This document shows positions 25,392 to 32,520 of a stretch of 35,642 nt of DNA, one piece after another. The notes beneath the pieces were generated by a model. It searched no databases. It saw nothing but the letters and a program-made list of their open reading frames with translations, and was not told the DNA's origin. Each line of letters opens with the position of its first letter. The first letter of the stretch is position 1. Source of the stretch: an uncultured Thermodesulfobacteriota bacterium (GTDB lineage Bacteria > Desulfobacterota > B13-G15 > RBG-16-54-18); contig CAZFIR010000038.1 in NCBI GenBank assembly GCA_964519535.1, positions 1-35,642 of the forward strand, read 5' to 3'. Both the position numbers and the translations under genes were made by a program.

Positions 25392-26786
25392 TTGGGTCTT
25401 TACGCAATCATGGCATACGAGGAGATATTTAAAAGGAAAAGCAGCGCCATGGCAAGAGGCATTGTGTCCGGATCCCTTTTGGTTGTTTTTTTAATGACCT
25501 TTTTTTACTTCCCAGCCAATGCGGACGGCGTTGATCCGTGTTGTCCCCTTCATAAGGAGCTCCGATATCTCCTCCAGCCCCCACCGGATGCCGAGTTCAG
25601 GTATCAGGTCCGCCATGAGGTATTTTTTTCTTCTTCTTTGGGAAAGGAGAAGAATTTCTTTATCATCCTCCCCCCTGACTTTGATCCCCACTCCTCGAAG
25701 CGATATCCCCTCCTCATCCTCTTGCATGGGTATAATTTTCAGCGAAACAGGCTGGGGCGATCGGCGTGCGATCCCGCAGTGGCCCGTGATCTTTTGTGCC
25801 AGGCGGAACATGAGGAATATCATTGGCTCTTGCTCGAGGATATTGCGCCCATCGCCGCGGCTATGATGGACGAGAGAAACAAGACCTATCGGGATCTACA
25901 GGAGGATCTAAAGAAACGATTCCAGGAGCTCGCCACCCACGGCGGGCTGAGGGAAGAGGACTACGAGCCTTTGCAGATCGCTGCTTCCTTGGTGGAGCAC
26001 AACCTCCATCCCAAAGGTGGGCTCGATGAGCCCTGGCAACCCATCTGCAAGATGATCATCGTGCTGCCGGACGGGGATAACAGCTTTTATACGGACGAGG
26101 ACGAGGGGAAGGACCTCTTTCCATGTACCCGTAACAAGGGCTCTTGCGACGCCTTTTTGCCGGATGAGTGCCTGAGGATCTCGCCGGCTCTGCGCCGTTA
26201 CATGAAGCCCGGGGCCCTGGGGAAATACGAGAGCTATATCCTGGAGCTGATGGAATACCTCCGCAACAAGTCTTCCCTTAAAGGCAGAATCTTTTCCCCT
26301 CCCCATACCGGCATCGGCGGGTTTTCCATGGGGGGGTTCGGGGCCCTGAAGATCGCCCTGCGCCATCCCACGGTGTTTTCTTCGGTGAGCAGTCAAAGTG
26401 GCTTGGTCGATATAGAGCTGCTTACCAATAAGATAGTCCTCAAGACCACGATGCCCGAGTTCTTGGAGGTCTTCGGCCATCTCGCACCCCTGGCCCTGCC
26501 GAGCAGTTCCATCATCAATGAGTCCTATCTCAGGGCGCACAACCCCGTGCGCCTGATCAGCGAAGGGCAAGGGAAAGGGTTGCGGAACAGGATCTATTTT
26601 GACTACGGGGCACGAGAAAGCTTTGATGCCATTCGGGAGGGAAATCAAAGGTTGGAGCAATGCCTCGGCGTCACTGGTCGGATGATCTCAGTGCAGCCGT
26701 ATAACGGTAAGGCTGAACACAACTACCTCTTTTGGCGCTCGAGAATGGGAGCCGTGCTCGAACATCACTCCCGGTGTTTGAGGTAA
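25392..26786 (+). CDS. Secreted alpha/beta hydrolase, putative esterase family
   Basis: The nucleophile elbow is GGFSMGGFGA. The signal peptide MARGIVSGSLLVVFLMTFFYFPANA suggests the true start is ATG 25449. Confidence 0.75.
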   Translation: MGLYAIMAYEEIFKRKSSAMARGIVSGSLLVVFLMTFFYFPANADGVDPCCPLHKELRYLLQPPPDAEFRYQVRHEVFFSSSLGKEKNFFIILPPDFDPHSSKRYPLLILLHGYNFQRNRLGRSACDPAVARDLLCQAEHEEYHWLLLEDIAPIAAAMMDERNKTYRDLQEDLKKRFQELATHGGLREEDYEPLQIAASLVEHNLHPKGGLDEPWQPICKMIIVLPDGDNSFYTDEDEGKDLFPCTRNKGSCDAFLPDECLRISPALRRYMKPGALGKYESYILELMEYLRNKSSLKGRIFSPPHTGIGGFSMGGFGALKIALRHPTVFSSVSSQSGLVDIELLTNKIVLKTTMPEFLEVFGHLAPLALPSSSIINESYLRAHNPVRLISEGQGKGLRNRIYFDYGARESFDAIREGNQRLEQCLGVTGRMISVQPYNGKAEHNYLFWRSRMGAVLEHHSRCLR

Positions 26787-26987
26787 TGCCCTCATCGAGG
26801 TTGACGAGGCGTGAAAACTTTTTACAATACCCCCTCAAGACGGTAAGGGGAGCGTTTTCAAGGGCGTTCCCCTCGTGCGCTCCTCTTATGTTTCTAGATT
26901 CATCAGGCTAAGAGAAAGAATATTTAATATTGAAGATGCGGCCCCCTTTGATTTTGCCGCGAGTCAGGTGGAGCGATTGGTTAGCCA

Positions 26988-27899
26988 TTAGGACTTTATG
27001 TCACGAAAATTGAATCTACGATCCATACCAATTTCCGTTTCATAAACTCGAATGTGTGCCATCGAATTCTTTGCGATTGACACTATCTCACCTTTATCTT
27101 TCGCATCCATAAGCGGCCCCAGAAATACGCGATTAAACTCTCTTGGGTTCAATTTGTAATCTGATGTGGTCCCTGCCTCATTAGGCCTGTTAAAACTTAC
27201 CACACGCCACTCTCTTTCGTAACCCCAAGCCGGAGTTTTTGTATAAGCACACATTTCAAATAAGCTCATGATGGCTTGTTTTTCCGGCATCGTTAATAAT
27301 TTAGACCAGCCGTTCGGGGTAAAAATATCTGGCCTTTCTTCAGGGTAATCTACAGGCCTGGCTAGCAAGAGAGCGCTATCAAACTCATCAATACAATTAA
27401 ACTCTATAACGGCCCCCCTGTATTTATCTGCATAGTGATACCACATAGAGACCACTTCATGACTTTCACAGAAACCTAATATTCGAAACTGGGGAATCAA
27501 GCTTCTCCAATGCTCTCGAAGCTTCTCTAAGCTGCTTTCATCCGGAGGGGTTCTTTCCAACTCTTTCTTTGCCTCTTCGATTATTTTTGTTTTGATTTCC
27601 TGAGAAGCGGCCTTTTTCAGAGTTTCGACTATTAACCTTAACTTTGGCTTTAATACTTCGGTATTGTCGGGTGGGTTTTCAATTAATTTAATGAATCGAT
27701 GAACCACTGCTTTTTTTAGCTCCGATGGAGATATGCCAAAAGCCAGCTCTCTGGCCACATCAAATGGGTCATTAAATTCCTGAGGTGAACTCCATCTCAA
27801 GGTTTTACTCTTCAATACAATTTGAGCAGTGCTCGCCGACATGTATTTGTAGAAATTATTTCGTTCATGTTTTCTATTGGGAGATTTGTACATAACCAT
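26988..27899 (-). CDS. DUF2971-family protein (low-GC accessory gene)
   Basis: It carries the family motifs as I recall them: FYKYMS....L....LRWSSPQEFNDPFD, SMWYHYADKYRGAVIEF and YEREWRVV. Its G+C (~40% by eye) is well below the flanks. There is no SD. Confidence 0.8.
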   Translation of the reverse strand: MVMYKSPNRKHERNNFYKYMSASTAQIVLKSKTLRWSSPQEFNDPFDVARELAFGISPSELKKAVVHRFIKLIENPPDNTEVLKPKLRLIVETLKKAASQEIKTKIIEEAKKELERTPPDESSLEKLREHWRSLIPQFRILGFCESHEVVSMWYHYADKYRGAVIEFNCIDEFDSALLLARPVDYPEERPDIFTPNGWSKLLTMPEKQAIMSLFEMCAYTKTPAWGYEREWRVVSFNRPNEAGTTSDYKLNPREFNRVFLGPLMDAKDKGEIVSIAKNSMAHIRVYETEIGMDRRFNFRDIKS

Positions 27900-27931
27900 G
27901 ATTTCGCTATATGGCTAACGCCGGTATGAAC

Positions 27932-27967
27932 GGTTTCAACTTGACGCGAAGCGGCGAGTTGAAATCC
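27932..27967. other. Extended stem-loop with a GCGAAGC mini-hairpin tip in the spacer between the two island genes
   Basis: TTTCAACT (27934-27941) pairs with AGTTGAAA (27957-27964) and is flanked by GG/CC. The inner CGC-GAA-GCG lies at 27945-27953. Confidence 0.5.
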
Positions 27968-28002
27968 GTCTCAATACTTTTGTTGAGTGGTTTGATCTCT
28001 TT

Positions 28003-29013
28003 TTACCTATGAAAGCTTGATCTTAATGGTATTTGCATTTCCAAGCTGTAATCCTTATTAATTAGGAGTTGAGCACATTTATGGGATAGTGATGAGGATT
28101 CTCTATTTATTGTTTTCATTTCATGAATCCATTTATTTCGAGATTTTCTTACTTTTGTAATATCCTCATATAATTTGTGTTCTAAAACTCCAGCAAATGA
28201 CATGAGTTCTAATTTAATGGATATCGAGTAATCAAGTAATATTTCTTTTCTTTCCTTATTTATAAACACAGAGATTTTGCCATCGATATTTCTTTTTCGG
28301 TTTCCCTCTACGTACTCTAACCAATTTTTCTCAATAAACATTTCTATTATAGACCAACTTGCTATTAGTGAATGTTCATAATTGTGCTCTTCGAAATCTT
28401 TTGCAGACTTTATTAACTGATCTAAAGGACTAAGCAAAGATATGTTTTCTTCTAATACTGTTTCAAACATTTTTGATGTCGCCTCCAAGACATCCTTAGT
28501 TATGACAAAATTTCTACTTTGGTTACGCCAATCCATTGATGTTGGAAGGCCTTGAGTGTATGTTGATCTATAACGCGCTAAAGCCAAGGAAGAAACAACA
28601 CTATTCCCGAAACTAGAACCTTCATCATCGATGCTGTTTTTAGATATGACCAATTCAGGACTCATTGCCATTTTATCAATATTAAAATTTGATATTTTAG
28701 ATATCATCGAGTAAAGGCAAGCCAAATAGGAATTCATCAGTTTAATTCTGTTTCGGTAAACCTCACAATCAAAATCAAAATCTTCATTTTTAACTTTTTC
28801 AGATATTTCACTGAATTCAAAACCGCTCTCAGAAAAATTCTCGAAGTCAAATATAAATAAGCCTTCTCTTAGGACTTTAAATTTTAGGCCACAATGAAAT
28901 AAGTGCCTATACATCTCATCAGATAATATATTAGGATCGAAATTAAAGTCTCGAGGCCGTTCAACAATCCAGAGAGTTGGAAAATGATAAAAAGCTGAAG
29001 CGTATGAATTCAT
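28003..29013 (-). CDS. Hypothetical protein with a C-terminal HEPN-like RNxxxH motif (very low GC)
   Basis: It is a 336-aa ORF with about 30-35% G+C by eye. I recognise no N-terminal family. The C-terminal helical region ends with VRKSRNKWIHE, and RNKWIH is encoded at 28140-28123. Confidence 0.7.
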   Translation of the reverse strand: MNSYASAFYHFPTLWIVERPRDFNFDPNILSDEMYRHLFHCGLKFKVLREGLFIFDFENFSESGFEFSEISEKVKNEDFDFDCEVYRNRIKLMNSYLACLYSMISKISNFNIDKMAMSPELVISKNSIDDEGSSFGNSVVSSLALARYRSTYTQGLPTSMDWRNQSRNFVITKDVLEATSKMFETVLEENISLLSPLDQLIKSAKDFEEHNYEHSLIASWSIIEMFIEKNWLEYVEGNRKRNIDGKISVFINKERKEILLDYSISIKLELMSFAGVLEHKLYEDITKVRKSRNKWIHEMKTINRESSSLSHKCAQLLINKDYSLEMQIPLRSSFHR

Positions 29014-29402
29014 AGCATTAGTCGAGCGATTGGTGTGATAATAGAGTTAAAAAAATCCACTTAACAATGTTTATATGGTTCCTTATAATACCCCAACTAT
29101 TGTTATATTTGCCATATAAGACACCTGCGAAACAAGAGCCGAATCGGGCATAGACCTTTTCTTATCAGCCACTTGCGTATAGGAGCGATTCTTATCACGG
29201 CATCTTATACTGGTCGGCATAAAACACCTCTTGGCAAGCTCACAGCGAGTCAGCGGGGCTGCGAACGCCCGCAGGCCCGCGTTGAGTACATGCGTGTAAC
29301 CCATGCATCTTCGGGGTCAGGTCTCAACTTTGGCATTTCCTTTCCCCGCATCCTTTTCTCTTCCGATTTTGATATTATCACGCGTATCTACCGCGTATCT
29401 TC

Positions 29403-29434
29403 AGCAAACAAAAAAGGGGCATAGTGTGCCCCTT
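29403..29434 (-). terminator. Minus-strand intrinsic terminator in non-coding DNA downstream of vapBC
   Basis: On the minus strand the sequence is AAGGGGC-ACACUAU-GCCCCUU followed by UUUUGUUU. Confidence 0.5.
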
Positions 29435-29673
29435 GGATAGTTAAACCTAGTTTTTCTTTCCACCCCTCTGCGGCATGCCTTTACCCCCTAAGGCCGTGAA
29501 GGTGTTGTATGAACGTTACAGGTTATGTGTTTTATAGCACACAGTTTCCTAAAAGTAAATCCTGAAGAGGCACAGGTCACATTCTGCGTGATGTTTTTGC
29601 TCGATACGCTATATCGGAGTCTTTCCGTTCCTTGCTTTCGCAAACCGCTCCTGGCCGTGCAGACCAAGCCTAC

Positions 29674-30075
29674 TTACCCTGAAGGAAACCGCTCAGCAGT
29701 CAATGGTCTGATCCCGGCGATTGTTTCAAAATCGTGGTCTTGGTGCAGCAGGAGTGCGTCTGTTTCCATGGCTATCTGGGCTATACAGCAATCTATGGGG
29801 CTGCTGAGGGTAACGCCCTTTCTTCTTAACTCAAAGTAGGTCCGTGCAGCCTCTTTCCAGGTATCATCGTGGGCCTCGAGATAGTACTGGGTAGCAAGGT
29901 ATTCATCAAGCCGTCGCCATTCCTGTTCGTCTCTGGCGCCTTGGAGGAGTTCAAGCTGGGTAAAACGACTGAGGACATAGATGTCCGTACCGATCTTTTC
30001 GTGAAAGGTCTGAGAGATCTTCCCTGAATTGTCCCTGAGCACCGCAACCCAGACCGACGTATCAACAAGGATCAT
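29674..30075 (-). CDS. vapC: PIN-domain toxin VapC
   Basis: The N-terminus is MILVDTSVWV. The acidic residues are spaced as in a PIN domain. The start overlaps the vapB stop by 4 bp. Confidence 0.9.
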   Translation of the reverse strand: MILVDTSVWVAVLRDNSGKISQTFHEKIGTDIYVLSRFTQLELLQGARDEQEWRRLDEYLATQYYLEAHDDTWKEAARTYFELRRKGVTLSSPIDCCIAQIAMETDALLLHQDHDFETIAGIRPLTAERFPSG

Positions 30076-30275
30076 CCCCTCATCTTCCGCAGCTTCTTGT
30101 GATCATAGCCCTGATGAAACTCGATGGAGCCGGCCAATTCGGACAGATCCTTGCGCTTCCTGAGACGGATCAACTCACTGAGCGCCTCGTGAACCAGGTC
30201 CTTCTTGGTACGCGCCCTGCTCACGGAAAAGGCCTCTTCCAACAGCTCGTCGTCAATAATGATATTTGTCCTCAC
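30072..30275 (-). CDS. vapB: VapB-family antitoxin
   Basis: The N-terminus (M)RTNIIIDDELLEEA is typical. The protein is 67 aa. The GTG start follows GGAGGGGG. Confidence 0.85.
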   Translation of the reverse strand: MRTNIIIDDELLEEAFSVSRARTKKDLVHEALSELIRLRKRKDLSELAGSIEFHQGYDHKKLRKMRG

Positions 30276-30287
30276 AACCCCCTCCTG

Positions 30288-30332
30288 ATGTGTATAGTAT
30301 ACACATAATACACCAGTTATGTGTCATGTCAA
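30288..30332 (-). promoter_or_regulatory. vapBC promoter with palindromic operators
   Basis: On the minus strand: TTGACA (30332-30327), a 16-nt spacer, then TATTAT (30310-30305). A perfect 9-1-9 palindrome, ATGTGTATAgTATACACAT, spans 30288-30306. A second inverted repeat is ACACATAA (30301-30308) with TTATGTGT (30317-30324). Confidence 0.65.
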
Positions 30333-30401
30333 GGGAGATTCGTTGGCCCCTGTAGGGAGAGGAGATCCATCAGAAGGAAGATGGTATCTTCTCGGTAGAT
30401 A

Positions 30402-31076
30402 TTACCCCTTGTTATACTCCTCCCTGATCTGCTTCATGTCTTCCCACACTGCCCGCTTGAACTGCGGATTGCGCAGGAGAAAGGCGGGGTGGTAGGTGGG
30501 CATGAGTTTGGTGCCTTTGTATGCGTGGAAGCGCCCCCTGAGGGCGGATATCCGCTCCTCGGTCCCCAGGAGGGTCTGGGCGGCAAAGGTCCCGAGGCAG
30601 CAGATGAGCTTTGGTCTGATGGCCTCCAGTTGTTTGAGGAGGAAGGGAAGGCAGGTTTGGATCTCATCGGGTCGGGGATCGCGGTTATTAGGGGGGCGGC
30701 ATTTCACGATGTTGGCGATGTATACCTCCTCTCTCGTCAGGTCTATGGCCTCGATGATGCGGGTGAGGAGCTCCCCCGCCCTGCCGACGAAGGGTTTGCC
30801 CTGGAGGTCTTCTTCTCGGCCGGGTCCCTCTCCCACAAATACGAGTGCGGCATGGGGATCGCCCGCGCCGAAGACCAAGTGGTTTCTCCCTTCATGGAGG
30901 CGGCACCTGGTACACTCTCCCAACTCCTGTCTGACGCCGTCGAGTGTCAAGCGTTCTTTCCTTTTACCCTGTGAGAGGAGGGTTATTATCCCCAGCTCCT
31001 TTTGGTATTTCAGGTGGCCCTTCAGTTGGGCGACGATCTGCCTTAATTCTCGATGGGTGTCTTCTTTCGTCGGCAT
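30402..31076 (-). CDS. udg: Family 4 uracil-DNA glycosylase
   Basis: It has the CxxC cluster motifs CTRCRL and the active-site motif GEGPGREED. HPAFLLR is also present. Confidence 0.9.
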   Translation of the reverse strand: MPTKEDTHRELRQIVAQLKGHLKYQKELGIITLLSQGKRKERLTLDGVRQELGECTRCRLHEGRNHLVFGAGDPHAALVFVGEGPGREEDLQGKPFVGRAGELLTRIIEAIDLTREEVYIANIVKCRPPNNRDPRPDEIQTCLPFLLKQLEAIRPKLICCLGTFAAQTLLGTEERISALRGRFHAYKGTKLMPTYHPAFLLRNPQFKRAVWEDMKQIREEYNKG

Positions 31077-31103
31077 AGAGCCCTCTCAGTAAATGATTCT
31101 TTC

Positions 31104-32297
31104 TTACACTTCTATCAATGCCTCTTCCGCCGGTGTGAGCTTTTCGACACCATCCGCACCCGTGGCGAAGGTATTCTCTATCCCTACAGCCCCTTCCCCC
31201 AAAAAGACCATCTTGGGCTCCAGGGCGAATGTCATCCCCTCTTCGAGGGGATAATCATGGCCCTGGGCGATAAAGGGGTATTCGTCGATCTCCAGACCGA
31301 TACCGTGGCCGATGAAGCGGGTCTTATATCCCGGGGGTCCCATAAAGTATTCTTCATATCCCAATCGTTGCGCCACCTCCCACCCCGTGCGGTAGAGCTC
31401 GTGACAGGAAACCCCTGGTCTGGCCCCGGCTGTCATCGCGTCCTCTATTTTGCGTGTGACACCATAGGCATCAGTGAACCGCTTCGGAAGCGCACCCACG
31501 CAGAACATCCTGGTCTCGTCGACCTGGTACCCATTGTAACAGATCCCGAAGTCTATGAGGATGGGCTCATGGGCCTTGATCCGCTTTTGGCTGGCTCCCA
31601 CCGGAAAGGAGGGAGAAAGCCCCATCCCGCCCATGGGGGCATCTATATAGCTCAGCATTCCGCCGGTATAACCGCTCAGGACATGCCAAGAATACGCATA
31701 GGAATTGAATGCCCTCATGCGGAGATAGTTTTGATGTCCGTGACGCATGGACAACGCCACCAAGATGCCGGCGAGCTCTATCTCCGTCATTCCCTCCCTG
31801 AGCACGCGCGGCACCTCGTCGTAAACGATCTTCCCGATCCGTCCTGCCTGTTTTATCAGATCGATTTCATAGGGAGATTTTATCTTTCTGATCGCCTTGA
31901 TCATGGATGATGAGTCGGTGATCTCGACCTCGGCAAAAATCCTTTGCAGGCGTACATACTCCTTGGCGGGAAGGACATCGAGTTCCACCCCCATCTTTTT
32001 CGGCAACCTCCCCTGATGCTCCATTAAGAGGGAGGGCATTTTGTTCCATGAACTGAGGGGAATGATCTGTTCCACCGCCGATTCCCTCTGTGCCCGCTCG
32101 CCGTATTTTTTGACCATGAGGATTTCCTTTCCGTCCGGTGGGACGAACAGCAAGGCGTTCTGCATGGTGCCGGAGAAGTAGAGGAGGTCCACATTGTGCA
32201 CAATAAGGGCTGCATCCCAATCCATCTTTGCCACTTCACTTCTTAATTTTTGCAATCTTCGCTCTATCTCTTTTGCAGGGACATACTGTTGCTCCAT
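31104..32297 (-). CDS. M24-family Xaa-Pro aminopeptidase/creatinase-like peptidase
   Basis: The sequence contains HGIGLEIDEYP and a pita-bread fold metal-ligand pattern. The length is 397 aa. Confidence 0.85.
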   Translation of the reverse strand: MEQQYVPAKEIERRLQKLRSEVAKMDWDAALIVHNVDLLYFSGTMQNALLFVPPDGKEILMVKKYGERAQRESAVEQIIPLSSWNKMPSLLMEHQGRLPKKMGVELDVLPAKEYVRLQRIFAEVEITDSSSMIKAIRKIKSPYEIDLIKQAGRIGKIVYDEVPRVLREGMTEIELAGILVALSMRHGHQNYLRMRAFNSYAYSWHVLSGYTGGMLSYIDAPMGGMGLSPSFPVGASQKRIKAHEPILIDFGICYNGYQVDETRMFCVGALPKRFTDAYGVTRKIEDAMTAGARPGVSCHELYRTGWEVAQRLGYEEYFMGPPGYKTRFIGHGIGLEIDEYPFIAQGHDYPLEEGMTFALEPKMVFLGEGAVGIENTFATGADGVEKLTPAEEALIEV

Positions 32298-32520
32298 AGA
32301 TGCCCTCTTTCCGTCTTTTGGGATAAGACCTTACGCTTTATTTCCCCTCTCTGTCAAATTTTTTCTGGAGAAGGGTGATTTAGAAGGGGTTTTATGGCAA
32401 AAAACTTTATAGTTGACAAGAGAGGGTCGGAATGTTACTTTGATCGGTGATTTTCCTGATATTTTCTTACCATAATCTCGATATGAGTAAAACAGCGAAG
32501 ACCTTGTCAGGAGAGATATC

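Noticed and set aside
27932-27967. A GTTTCAAC...GTTGAAAT hairpin resembling a CRISPR repeat
   Set aside because: Only one copy exists and there is no repeat-spacer periodicity anywhere in the window. It is kept only as a structured element.
29083-29424. Track ORFs 29083-29304 (-) and 29173-29424 (+) in the non-coding stretch
   Set aside because: They overlap each other, lack RBSs, match no family and sit in repeat and hairpin-rich DNA. They could be pseudogene debris, but I cannot support a call.
29562-29568. CTGAAGA, which matches the hammerhead CUGANGA core
   Set aside because: No properly placed GAAA box or closing stems II and III could be drawn. It is a chance 7-mer.
31053-31910. A 285-aa + strand ORF antisense to the M24 peptidase
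   Set aside because: It is a shadow ORF. The opposite strand carries clear M24 motifs along its full length.
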